Positions 1 through 12,343 of a DNA stretch of 64,000 nucleotides are shown in pieces. Both the position numbers and the translations under genes were made by a program. Source of the stretch: Camelus dromedarius (lineage: Eukaryota); contig NC_087437.1 of the NCBI RefSeq assembly GCF_036321535.1, positions 19,346,001 to 19,410,000 of the forward strand. Direction: 5' to 3'. Position 1 is the stretch's first letter; every line of letters starts with the position of its first letter. Below the pieces are notes generated by a model. It had not been told where the DNA came from. It made no database searches and saw only the letters and a list, made by a program, of their open reading frames with translations.

Positions 1-439
1 ATGCCACACAGTTCAAGGAAAGACTTTGGCAAGTGTATAACTTCACAGATTTGTGAGCCCTAACAGGAATCCAAATGTGGTGAAACTAACTCTTCCTTGG
101 GTCAGCATTCATTCATTAATTTCTACCCAGGGACTCGGAGTGACTCCCTTGCAATGTTTCTGAGGGTCCTGCCTGTCTACTTTGGAGGTCCCCAACCTGA
201 CGAACTCTGCTCAGAATGAAGCTCCCCCTCCCCTAACCTCATACTTAGTACCCACGCCTGGAACAGTGCACTGACCACTGCTTGGGGGTTAGAAGCAGAC
301 AGACTGGGCTCCTGTCTGAGCAACACCATTTTCCAGCCACAAGTGACCCCAGGAAAGTTCCTCCACTTCTCTGGCCTTCAGATTCCTCACTCCTTAAAAT
401 GGCAGGCATTCCTTTTGCTTTATCCATGATGATACCCTG

Positions 440-1305
440 AGCTCCAGATCGTCTATCCAGATGCCAATTTTAATACTCCACTTGGATGTGTCATGGGCAT
501 CTGAAATCAAATATGAAAATCAGAATTCTTAATGCACTCCCCCGTGCCCAGCACCTTGGTCCAAACTCACTCCTCCCCGTGTCTTCCCACTGTCAGCCGA
601 TGGGGTCACCATCTCCCAGCTATTTGGACCTAAGCCTGGGGGCCATCTTCACTTCTTCCACGTCCTCTACCTTCTCATCCATCTGCAAGCCCTGTTGGCT
701 TTATCTCCAAAATATACATTGAATCTGTCCTCTGTTCTCCAGCCCCTGGCACTGCCCCCGTCTGAGCCACCATCATTTCTAGCCTTAACAACCCAGCAGC
801 CTCCTTAGTGGGCCTCCCTGTTTCCAGTCTTGCCCTCCTGTGATGCATCCTCCACACTGTACCCACAGTGATCCTTAAAGAATGTAAGCAAGGTGGATTA
901 AGTCTGCCCATCATAAGGCCTGACCTTCCCCTGTTTTCACCACACCCCCAGCACACCAGCCTTCTGTACGTTTCTTAAACACACCCAGAGCCTTCACACT
1001 CACTGTCCCCTGTGGCGGGAACAAAACTTCTCAGCGTTCAAGCCTCAGCTCCCGTGTCACCTCCTCAGACAGCCTTCCCTGACCGCCCATCCCTTTCCAT
1101 GCAATAATTCCTTTTTATTTCCTATAAAGCACTTACCACTACCTGAAATCATCTTAAACTATTACCCTCTCTCTCTTCCGCTAGCAAGCACACTCCATGG
1201 AGGGCACGGAACTTGCTGCCTCGTGTACTACCCTGTCACCAATGCCTGGAGCACTTCTAGACATGTGGTAGGTGCTCAGTACATTTGTGAAAACTGAATT
1301 AATTA
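440..1305 (+). mobile_element. LINE-2 3' fragment
   Basis: L2-like text, e.g. 'ctccacttggatgtgtcatgggcatctgaaatcaaatatg', with a 3' end like 'ggtaggtgctcagtacatttgtga'. Confidence 0.7.
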
Positions 1306-1653
1306 CATGAAACAATGTATATAAAGCTTGTGATAGCAGATGCTTCTCATGGCATGAGAATTGTTTGTGCATGTGCTCACCTCTGATGCTAGACTGTGGC
1401 TCCTCACAGTCAGGACAGGATTTTCAACATGGTGGGTAACCAGGAAATATTTCCTGGCAAAGACCACTCAGGTGGGAGCTGCCTGATTTCAGCCTCTGAG
1501 GTCAACACCTTCTTGTGGAATTTTCTAGAGACCCACTAGGACATTTTGCAGTGGCCCCTGCTCTCCTGAGTCTGTGCATGTTCATTTCAGTGAAAAGCTG
1601 GTCTTCATAGAAGATGATTCTCATCTTTTGTGAATTAAGACTGGGATTTTTCC

Positions 1654-1705
1654 ATTGTAAAATGACTATAACTCAATTAAAAATATAAAAACAAACAAAC
1701 AAACA
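1654..1705 (+). mobile_element. Extremely 5'-truncated L1 (3' tail only) with perfect 17-bp TSD
   Basis: ATTGTAAAATGACTATAACTCAAT plus an A-rich/(AAAC)n tail, matching the 3' ends of other L1 copies in the window. Flanked by AAGACTGGGATTTTTCC at 1637-1653 and 1706-1722. Confidence 0.8.
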
Positions 1706-2535
1706 AAGACTGGGATTTTTCCTAATCTTTACAATTTATGGAATCAAGATTTCCTAAAAGATGTCTAAATTTAACATTACCTGAGCGCTTTTAGAACACA
1801 CGCCTTCTGTTACACATCCCTGTCTCCCTGATTCAAGTTACATGGTGGTGTGTCATTTTCTAGGCTCGTTCCCCTCCTCTTCACCACTCAGTCACAAATC
1901 TGGTCTGCTTCCTGCTCTGGACCGCCCCCTGGCCACCCTTCTTGGCACTGTGCTTGCATCTTCCCGGGCCACTGCAACCACTTCATTAGTTCTCTGACAT
2001 CTCTGCCCATCTGTTCACGCCCTGGCTGTCAGAGTGAGTGCTCACGGCCTCTCTCTCTTCCTGGGACCCTCTCCTCATATGACGTCCTTGGGTGATGTTC
2101 ACACATGGTGGCACACCGCTTCCAGATCCGGCCCTGCACCTTTCTGACTCTTCTTCCCACCCCCTCCCTCTTTTGCACGTCACTCCGTGGCAATTCAGCT
2201 TCCTGCGCCCCTGCCCACACACACTGGCCTGACCTTGGCACATACTGTCTATCCCTGTGTGGAGCACTCCTCTCCTTCCTTCAAAACCCCACTTGGAAGT
2301 ACTCAGAAAGTCTTCAATGACCAACATGTCTACTGTAGCTCCCTCCACCACCACCACACACACATTTAAATTATGCACATTTCAGATATGACATCCATCT
2401 AGACTGCAGAGTGATCACCACCACAAGTCTAGTTACCATCCGTCACCACACTGTGCACACACCTCCTGCTACTGTTGTCCTCTTGTCACTGTAGCCCTTC
2501 CAAGCCCAAGGGACGGAACCACCCACTGTCCCATC

Positions 2536-3028
2536 TGTGGCAGATTATACTTTCTTAAATGGCTACAACTCCACCTCTCATCCTACATGCTGTTCTTACA
2601 ATGTTTGGAGAGGCGGGGTCTAGGCACCGTCCTCTTGAATGCGGGTGGGCTCATGACCGCTTCACCCAACAGAAGAGAAGAGAAGGAATGCCATGTGACT
2701 TCTGAGTCTGGGTCATAACAGGTCATTCAGCTGCTGCCTTCTCTCTCTTTGGACACAGCCAGAGTGCTGTGAGGAGACCCAGGCCACATGGGACACCACA
2801 TGTGGACACATGCAGTACCCTCAGCCCTGGCGGAGGGCTCAGCCGCTGGCCGGCACCAACAGTGGGCACAGGAGCAAGGAAGCCTTCAGGATGGCTCTGG
2901 CCCCAGCCTAGCTGAGCCTGGTCAGCTCCCAGAACTGTGAGACACCATCATAAAATCACTGTATATAATAAAATCAAGCCACCACATTTTGGGGGTGATC
3001 TGTCGCACTGTCTTAGGAAACAGGAACC
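2536..3028 (+). mobile_element. MaLR (MLT1-type) LTR remnant
   Basis: Starts TGTGGCAG; MLT1-like motifs ('cccagaactgtgaga', 'aagccacc...ttttggggtgatctgt'). Confidence 0.6.
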
Positions 3029-4704
3029 CAGTTGGTACACAGCTATAACCTGACTGTCTGAGCCCCTCAAGAACAGAGACAGAGCCTGGCCTGCCTCAGA
3101 TGGCGCCATCCCTCTCTTCCACGGGTGACATCTAAAGGTTTGATAGAGAAGTTGAATGACTTCCCCCATGTCTGTGCAGGGCTGGCCTCACTCCCGAATG
3201 GACTCCTCCAGTGTTCTGCCAGAGCACGGAGACCTCACTTTTAGATCTGCCCTCCCCCAGCTGCCCTTTAAATTGAAGACGGCTCCTGCGCTCCCCGACC
3301 CCACCCAAAGGAGGATCTCAGGACGGGACAGATTCCTCCAGGTGGAAGAGTTCCCCAGCTGCTTTCCTCACTGTCAAGAAAGAGTCTAGGGCCTCGAGAA
3401 ACACCAAGTGTCTGAGAAGGCAGAGAAGAGGTACCATTGACCCTTGGCCCCCACTCTCTGAATTGCTGATGACTTTGATAATTTGGGGCCAACCCAAAGG
3501 TTGCTGTGACGTGTGTCGGTCTGTCGAGGCTGGCAGCCAAGTTGTGTGGGGAGGCTGGATGTGGAGCAAGTCACTGGCTGGTGACAAAGCCAGTTTGCTG
3601 CCCAGACCTACATCTCGACAGGGGTGTCTCCTTCCTACGGAACCAGCCACCAGGCCCACAGAGAAAGCCACCTCCCAGTGCTAGGGATTGACGTCTGAGA
3701 AAGGGATGGCTTCTTGGCAGGGAACGGAATTATATTTAGTGATATTTCCATATCTGGGGATTTGGGAAGATCCCCACATACGTTCTTCACAAATGCTTTG
3801 TGCCCCAGCAGGCGAGGAAGGGAAACTTCATTGACTTGTCATTGTTGACAGAACAACCCTCGTATGGCAGGGTGGATGTGGAGGAAATTGTACAGATCTG
3901 CTGGGTTGTTTTTAGCAGATTTAATTGTGGGTCCAGCCCCACTCAGCTGCTTCCAGCTGAGCCCTTGAGACCTGTCTTCAGTCACTGCCAGTGCCTGCCT
4001 GCCCCACTTGTGTCCCCACTGTGGGCAGGCGGGAAGGGTCAGGTGTCCTGTCTCCACGGTGGGAGGAGGACGCTGGCTGAGGCGTTTCTGCACAAAACAT
4101 CATGGATTCAAGCTGGGGCAAGTCCCTGGGGGCGCTGGGACACAGTAGGCCATCGGCAGCTGGGCAGACCACGGCACCAAGCACATCCACGTTCGGGGGT
4201 TAGTTACTACCACTTCCTATGGTATTAACCTTCATCGGGAAGGTGTGAGCCTGTCCCCCTACACTGCAAGTACAAAGAGGTCAAGCCATTTGCTCATTAA
4301 AGTGAAATTGATGTAGGATGATGTTGAATTAGAAGTTGTGACTGAAGCTCTAAGAGACAATAGGTGTCTGACACCAAAGAGAACGGGAACGACTACTCAC
4401 TCCAAAACCGTCTAGACAGAGTCATCCAGACATCCCATTCACGACCCAAGCAGCCCTCACCCACAGCGATGGTGGAAATTGGCGTGAAAGAGTCCAGAAG
4501 GAGGCGGGTTTTAGAAAGAGGAGTTTTTGGAGAGAGCCGACAGTGTGCCCTGCATCCTAGCATCCCCCCAGAGGGAGAGGCGAGGATACCAGGAGTGCTT
4601 GCCTCTCCCCTTAAGCCTAGAAAGAGGAGCTCCAGGCACCCACCCTGCACAGCTGAAAACTGAAACTTGACTTTTTACCTGAAGTCACCATAGGACTTTT
4701 CATT

Positions 4705-4814
4705 ATTTATTTTATTTCATTTATTTTATTTTTTTATCGGCAGCATTGGGGATTGAACCCAGAACCTCATGCATGCTAAGCATGCACTATACCACTGAGC
4801 TATACCCTCCCCCC
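4705..4814 (-). mobile_element. tRNA-derived SINE (camelid Vic-1-like)
   Basis: Reverse complement of GGGGAGGGTATAGCTCAGTGGTA...GGGTTCAATCCCC (Pol III A/B boxes) with an A-rich tail. Confidence 0.85.
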
Positions 4815-5469
4815 TTGATTATTTAATAATAAGCAGGAAAAGACACAAAATTGCTTTCTGATTATATTCCCTGAGTCTGGCTTGATCAGCTTACGGCTGA
4901 AAGCTTGCAACCCCCAAAGAGCTCTTGTTAAAGTGTTTTTAATTGTTCAAATCAACCACCACATCCAACATGACCTGGAGAAACAGGCAAGACTGGTGTT
5001 ATTATCTCCATTTGGCGGATGAGGAGGCTGGTTTAGAAAGGTGAAAAAACTCCTTCAAGGTCAGAGAGCACACCCCCGCTGGCCCTCCGGCTTGGTGTCC
5101 TCCTCTGTGTGATTTTGTTCAGAATGCTATCTGGTTCTGAGCTCAGCTCCAGAACATCTCCCCAGGGTTAGAAGCAGGATTCCATTTCCAGCCTCCCTCA
5201 GGGTACTAAAAGCAGAGGCACCAGGGACAGGACTCTGGTAGGAGGACTTTGCCTCCTTCCTCCACTCCCAAGTACATTGGTAAAATTCTGGTAGCTGAGA
5301 GGGAAAAAAAAAGCTATTCAGTATTGGAAACGGTCTAAAGAACAAGAAGAAAGCACCAGTCTCCGTAAATTGCAAAACATGTCACATGAGCTCTCTTTGC
5401 TCCTTCACATGGTAGAAATTCATCCAACTAGAAGGGAATTGAACAGAAAAACCCATGATTCCCATTCTT

Positions 5470-5569
5470 TTCTTTTTCTTGATTTTTTTAAAGATGGAGG
5501 TTCGGGGGATCGAACCCAGGACTTCACGCGTGCTAAGTGTGCACTCTACCACTAAGCTCTACCCGCTCT
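5470..5569 (-). mobile_element. tRNA-derived SINE (Vic-1-like) with 18-bp TSD
   Basis: A/B-box head; TSD CCCATGATTCCCATTCTT (5452-5469) / CCCATGATTCCTGTTCTT (5570-5587). Confidence 0.85.
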
Positions 5570-6479
5570 CCCATGATTCCTGTTCTTGGTGAGACATCAT
5601 CACGTCCGAATTACCAGGCCTCCAACCCGGCCCACAGCCATTTTTCTCACGCTTTGCAAGGGAAGTTCCAGCTGGGAACTCCTCATGCGGAGGGATCTAA
5701 AGCGGGCGAAGGTGGTCAGGAGGCTGTCGGGATGACTGAGGACAGGCAGGCAAGGCTCCTCGTCCTGGCCCATGATAGCGGCCCCGCAAGTGAGGTCCCC
5801 TCTGTGGGCCCAGTTCCTCCAGGTTCGTGTGTTTCCTGACAGCCCCCCAGGAGACTCAACTCTGGACACACACTGATGGGAACCCCTGGCCTGGGGTCTA
5901 GTTCAGAAGTCAGATGAGCAGTGAGTTGTTTGAGCTACATGACGAAAGCCTTTCCTGGCCTTCAGTGGGCCTGACTGTCTCTAGGCTGAGAGATTTGTCA
6001 GGCACTCCTTTCCTGCCTCCCCACTACACGACCAACACAAGAGCGAGGTAGGGGTCATCTGTGCACAATAGCAGGCCCAACTGGTCATCAGAGAGATGGT
6101 GATCGTGAGGCAGAGGAGCTACTGCAATTTCCTCTTAAGTCTGGCTCTCCTCACGTGTGCACGTGTGTGTGTGCACATGTGTGCGTGGAAGTTGTTTGTG
6201 CATGTGTGTGCATGCGTATCCTCTATTCGGTGAATCTTTTCTGTGTGCCATGTACTGTGCTAAGGACATTCTAGACTTAATCTCATTTATTATTGTTTCC
6301 AATTCACCAACGAAGAATCTGAACCTTGGAGAATGAGTATGAGTTGCCTGCTATCACACAGCTGGGGACTGAGAGGTGAGGCTTGCACACGGGCCTGTGG
6401 GATCCCAAAGTGGCAGGAGGATCAGACCCCAGTCCTTCGGATGTTGCCCTCCCTCCCCCAGCCCCGGCCTTCCCCTTAC

Positions 6480-6552
6480 CCAGAGCCTTCATGTAGCCTT
6501 CAAAGTTGTCATTACTCTCCATCTCCCAGGTTCCATTCTGGTCCCTCGTCAT
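6480..6552 (-). CDS. RBP2: RBP2 (cellular retinol-binding protein 2) coding exon 1; remaining exons outside the window
   Basis: GCCACCACC-ATG Kozak context; encodes [24 protein letters not shown]; 73 nt; donor G|GTAAGG at 6479. No exon 2 recognisable in 1-6479. Confidence 0.97.
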
Positions 6553-6632
6553 GGTGGTGGCCTCTGGTTACCGTGGGTGTGTGGTGGGTGTCAAGGAGCA
6601 GGCTGCAGGGTGAACGGGTTAGAATGCGCTCC

Positions 6633-6639
6633 TTTTATA
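6633..6639 (-). promoter_or_regulatory. RBP2: RBP2 TATA box (TATAAAA)
   Basis: + strand TTTTATA, ~80 nt upstream of the ATG. Confidence 0.85.
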
Positions 6640-6654
6640 GTCTGGCGGACCAGG

Positions 6655-6730
6655 TTTATGGCTTTGAAGATAACAAGCTCAAAGTTCACAAGCACAGCAT
6701 GAAGAATTTTCCTTTCCTTTGCAAAGTTCA
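6655..6730. promoter_or_regulatory. RBP2: RBP2 proximal intestinal promoter module (CDX, GATA, HNF4/RXR DR1)
   Basis: TTTATGG 6655-6661 (CDX-type); AGATAA 6668-6673 (GATA); DR1 AGCTCA-A-AGTTCA 6676-6688; second CAAAGTTCA 6722-6730. Confidence 0.7.
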
Positions 6731-8674
6731 GCAGGACTGCAAGCAACACACGTCCAAAACCTGGTATGGCCATGCACGGGCGTCCCAGTGAATTCCATCA
6801 CATGCAGGGCCCCAGAGCAGCTCTTTTCGGCTGGCTGGGCTCCCACAGAGTCCCTGACCCCACACAGAACACTCTGCCCAGCACTTGAGGAAAACAAACA
6901 CTCAGTGCCCACTCTACATACACAACAGGCCACCAACCCCCAGGCCTCAAACCTGGAGTCTGTCAGCTGTATAACCAACACTTTCGGCCTAGCTGGTGAA
7001 GCCAAGAAGATGGGAACTGACCCCTGTGGGGCGCTCCCCTACTCTGTGCTGGGGAGAGGACATCCTTCATCTTGTTTTCTCACAAGACCTCTGAGTTCTG
7101 TTTCACCATCTCCATTTTACAGAAGAGAAAGGCACAAGGTGGTTAAATCATGTGCCTAATGACAACCGGTTAGTGGCCGAGCAGGGATCCGAGCCCGCGT
7201 CTGTCTGGCACCAAAGCTCTTTCATTAACAGTATGTTAAGGTCAGCTTGGAAAGGGGGTTGGAGTTTGACTTGAGAACCTGATGCTCATTTGCTTCCCAG
7301 GAAGGTACCCTGAGAGCCTCCGAGCAGTGTGGGGTTACCCTAGAAGAGTGTGTTCTAGGAGCGTGGATCTACTGAATGCAAGCAGGGCCCAGAGGAGGCC
7401 AGAGGGACGGCAACATGGTAGGGGGAGTCTGCTTTAGACTCCAGGAAAAAGCTGAAGATCACCTTGACCAAGGAGGGGGGCATGGCTGGCATTTGGACTC
7501 TTGGTTCAGGGCTGTTCTTCACACTGGTTATCCCAGTGGGTCAGCAGATAGGTTGGCTTACTTTTCTGACACGTGGTTCTGAGAGGTGGGGCCTGAGCAG
7601 GGGCCTCTACACAGAGCGGAGGTGTGGGCTGAGATGGATGCATCATGAGTCCCCACAAGTGAAGCCAATTTTAATTATGACACTTTGAAGCTCTAATGGA
7701 CATATTCGTGTGCTATGAAATCTAAGCAAATGGTTCTGCTGTGTATGGTCTGAGGGTATAAAACAGCACATTTATTTTTCAGTAAATATACTGGAGTCAG
7801 AAATACCCATTGTGAAAAATGGCCCAGCTGCTGTCAAAAGACCAATGTAGGATAAAGGGAAAAGAGGAATTAAGGACACCTACAGTACAAATGGAAAATG
7901 AATGAAAGCAGCAGAAGTGGACAGACAAGGAGCCTTGGACTTCATCCTTTGAGATCTAGCCAGAAGCTGCTGTAGGCTGAGCACTCAGCCTCCTGGGTTG
8001 GAGAGGCATGTATTCCTCTCCAGGTTCAGATTCCTATCCCCAGCTGAGTCCCTGATAGATCTCCCTTGCAAGAAAGTTAACAAAAAGCTTTCTGGTAGGA
8101 GAGGAGGTTGGGGGCAAGAATGGGTTTGCTAATTGCAATAAGCCAGGGACTTGGATGTTAATGGATGTGGTGGGGTGGGGGTGGGGGCAGCAGTTACCCT
8201 GTGTAAAGCAGGAAGTAGAAACTGTGATACTCGCATAAAGCCAAAATACCTGATGGACTAGTGCCTCAATGAGAGTGTGAAATAGCCAAAATCCACCTAG
8301 AGACAACGAGAAAGTTTGTTTATTTGGCCTGGTTTCTATGTAAGTTAAAAAAAAAAAGTTCTTCCCTGCTGCGACTGGTTTGGGTATTGAATTTATGCTT
8401 CCTGGTAGCCAATATATTAAAATAAATGGAGTCTTGAGCTTGTAATACTTACAGGCTGCTGGCAGGAAGTAAATGTAAAAACTGTCTGTTAGGACACACC
8501 CTCCAACCAGGCCAAGCAGGCTTCCTGTGATGAAGCCATACCAGATGAAGCTCATAATCCCAAATTATAAAACACACAGGAAAACAATCCACCAGAAAGT
8601 AAGCATCAGCAGAGACATGTAGTCAAATTAGGCTTCTAAGAGCTTCAGATAATAACAACAATCAGATATAAACT

Positions 8675-9038
8675 AGGCAGCGCCCGGCTTTGCTTTAGTT
8701 TTTATGTAACTTTTGCTGCTTCTCCACCTTCGATCCCAGAAGGCAGGCCCAGGAGAGCAGGAGCTTACAAACTGTATACCTCCCAGGGCCACAGGGATCA
8801 AATTGCTCTGGCCCGGAAGGGGCTTATTGGCAGCTATCTTGTCCTCCAGCCTCCCCACCCCGTTTCCAACAGTCAGGAGAGGGTAGGGAGCTAGCAAGGG
8901 TCACCCCAGACCACCTATTCTCAAGGGGGCTATCCCTGCCTCTTCTCCAAGAATCCCTGGACTGCCTTTGGCCATCCCACCTGATGGAAACTTCTTCCCA
9001 CTGACCTTTCCTTCTGCCAGGTTTAAGGAATGTCTGAC
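8675..9038 (+). repeat. Copy 1 of ~365-bp local direct duplication
   Basis: Colinear with 10345-10710. Identical blocks: 24 bp (8686-8709 = 10356-10379) and 32 bp (8935-8966 = 10606-10637). Confidence 0.92.
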
Positions 9039-10344
9039 TTTCCCCAGATTAGGCAAATCTGTTTATTTACTGTCTCTCTCTCTGAGACTAAGGGGTCCTT
9101 TTTCTATTTTGTTTACCACCACATCCTCAGTGCCTAGCACATGGCAGATGAGAGATAAACAAATGTTTGCCAAGTGAACACTGTGTGTCTTGAGTGTGAG
9201 TGGGGGAAGGCCTTTCCTGAGCAGAAATCCCCAATTTTCTCTGGAAGAAAGGGCAGGACTTTGACTACTAGTGATGCTATGTGTTACTAGCAATCTGTCT
9301 TTTTAAGACTTCAAATTAAATGAAAGCACTGGTGAGTTAATCAATAAGATATTGGCCCATATACTCTCCCACCATTTATCAAATGTGTTCAAGTCAATGA
9401 AGATATGCTCATTCAAAACTTTTATCACGTAGTGTTTTGTTTCCAATAAGTGGTTTGATAGATATTTAGAAAAAAAATTGTGACCTTTTTTGTGAGCACT
9501 GAGCGCTTGTTCTGGTTTGTTTCTTTTAACACTCTTAGCAACCCTTCAAGAGAGGCGATGTCCTATAAGAACAATGAAGATGAGGTTCAGAGAGGTTAGG
9601 TGCCTTCCCAAAGGTCACACAGCTAGTAGGAAGACAATGGATTTGAACCTAGACATTTTTTAATTGGCCTATTGAGCCTTGCTTTCTAATTGTCGAACAT
9701 AATATTTACCTCTTAAGGTGATGTAGAGGATTAAATTGGTTGTTTGAAAAAATTTAGTGCAGTGATTCTCCAACTTGTATCCTATTAGAATTGTGGAGTC
9801 CACAGACACCCGGCAGATTCCTGCTGTAAGGCCCCTCAGGCACCTTTGGTTGCTGCCCTTTAAAGCTAACAAAGGACATCCTCGGTGCCCTGCAGTCTGC
9901 AGGTGCTGCCCCCTGGACTTGGGAATGCCAGGCCTCAGAAGCAGGTATTAGTAATGGCCATGGCCACAGCCATGGCCACCCTCATGCCCACAGGGGCCTC
10001 AAGGCAGCCGTTGGGAGCATGTTACGGTCTGGACCAATGCCAGGCTAATGAGGAGCACCTGGTCATGCTGCCGTTGACTGGGCAGACGGCCCACCTCAGC
10101 CATGGGCGGGCATCAGATTGAATGCTTCCCAATCAGACACTCCCAGGAGGCTATCAGGTCAGGCAGGAGGCTGCAAGGTCAGGCAAGTCTGTTTCCCCTG
10201 CTGACAGAGGTGGGACTCCAGACTCAAATCCCCACAGGGCCCTGAGTAAATGTTCGGTGCTGCTCAGGCTGGGGTGGAAGTCATTGGATTTGTCTTCATA
10301 TGGAGACACAGAAGGAAGGGGACCTGGGACTTCCTTCAGCCACC

Positions 10345-10710
10345 AGGCAGCGCTGGGCTTTGCTTTAGTTTTTATGTAAAACTGTGCTGCTTCTCCACCT
10401 TTGCTCACAGAAGGCAGGCCGGGAGGGCTGGGGGTCACAGACAATCATACCTCCCCGGGCCACAGGGGTCAAATTGCTCTGGCCCCGGAAGGGGCTTATT
10501 GGCAACTCTCTTGTTCTCCAGCCTCCCCACCCCCTTTCCAACAGTCAGGAGGAGGTGGGGAGCTGCAGGGGTCACTCCAGACCACCTCTTCCCAAGGGGG
10601 CTGTTCCTGCCTCTTCTCCAAGAATCCCTGGACTGCCCTTGGCCATCCCACCTGAAGGAAGCTTCTTCCCACTGACATTTCCTTCCACCAGACCCTAAGG
10701 AGTGTCTGAC
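10345..10710 (+). repeat. Copy 2 of ~365-bp local direct duplication
   Basis: Colinear with 8675-9038. Confidence 0.92.
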
Positions 10711-11717
10711 ATTTTCCATTTAATATATCTTGGAAATCTTTTCAAATCAGCACATACGATCTACTTCATTTTTATTTATGCATCTATTCATATTCTATTG
10801 CATTTTTGAACAGGTAACATATTCACATGGTTAAACATTCAAGTAATAATGAAAAATTGACAATGAAAATTCTGGTTCACTTAAGTTCAGGTTGCACTGC
10901 TGCTACTGCCAAATAGGAAACCATTGGTATTCATTTCTCGTGTATCTTTTCAGAGTTTCTTTATGCACAAAAAGCCAAACATGAAGACATTATCTCCCTC
11001 TTACCCGTTTATCCAAAAAGGAAAATACAACAGATTTGAATCTCTGTTTTTCTTTTAATTTATCTTGGCGAACTTTCCATATCAACAGAGAGAGCGTTCT
11101 CATTCTTTCTGACTGCTTTATAGTATCCCATTGATTATAGGTGCCATGATTAATTTAGCCTATCCTGAAAATTGAAGGCCATTTGGGTTGTTACTATTGC
11201 TTGCAATTGCAAACTGTGCTATTCTGATCTATTTTGTACATTTGCTTTTGTGCACATTATGGAAAATGTCCAAGTGGTTTTCAGTTAGGCTGTCCCAGTG
11301 TTTGAGAGTTTACATTTCATCACATTTTTGGCAATCCTGTGTATAAGTAAATAATTGAAAAAATCTTTGTCATTCATATAGTTTTGTAAAAATGTATTTT
11401 GTTGTTTTAAACTGGATTCCTTTTTTAATAAGTACAGTGGAGCATATTTTCAAATATTTGAGAACATTTTTTCTTCTATGAGCTACCTTTTCATGTGCTT
11501 TGTTCATTATAAATTGGGTTGTTAGTCTTTTTTTTATTGATTTAAAGGGCTTTTTGTGTATTAAGGAAATTAATCTTACTATACACCTGTTACAAATATT
11601 TCTCTCAGTTGATTGTCTTTTACCTTTCTTTATTATACTTTTCTCATTTCTCAAAACAGTGCATGCAGATATAAAAATCAAAGTACTACATGGCTTATAA
11701 TTAATGGAGAAGTTTTT

Positions 11718-11960
11718 CATATGACCCAGCAATTCTACTCCTGGGTATATATCTGAAAAAAATAAAACCACTAGTTCAGAAAGATACATGCACCCCAATG
11801 TTCATAGCTGTGTTATTTACAATAACCAAGATATGGAAGCAGCCTAAGTGTCCATCAACAGATGACTGGATAAAGAAGATGTGGTATATATATATACAAT
11901 GGAATACTACTCAGCCATAAAAAAGAATGAAATTTTGCCATATGCAACAACATGGATGCA
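11718..11960 (+). mobile_element. L1 ORF2 3'-end fragment
   Basis: 'catatgacccagcaattctactcctgggtatatat...ggaatactactcagccataaaaaagaatgaaattttgcc'. Confidence 0.85.
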
Positions 11961-12343
11961 AATAGGTCTTGTCCAGTAGAGAATACAAATCTCTATAAGT
12001 CAAATCCTCATTTGAGCCAGTTGCAGCATCTTACTGGTAGCTTCATTAATCAATGAGTTAATTTAAAATCTTTGCCAAGTTATTTTATATTTGTTATGAT
12101 TATATGATTATATATGAGTTATGATTTCATCTTTCAAAAAACATTATCTTCTAACAGTTTTGAAGTCTCTACTGAGATGCACAATAGACAGAGTCAGGTA
12201 GACCATGTGTCCAGAGACATATACTTTGTGAATAGCTTAAACCAAAGCATGTTTTTTTCTTGGCTCCTAGAAGTGAATCCCAAGTGTCAACATAACTTCA
12301 ACTTTGCAAACTGTATATTCACTGGGGTTTTTTCCCCCCTCTT

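Noticed and set aside
6304..6479. ORF continuation after RBP2 exon 1
   Set aside because: Intronic read-through past a canonical GTAAGG donor.
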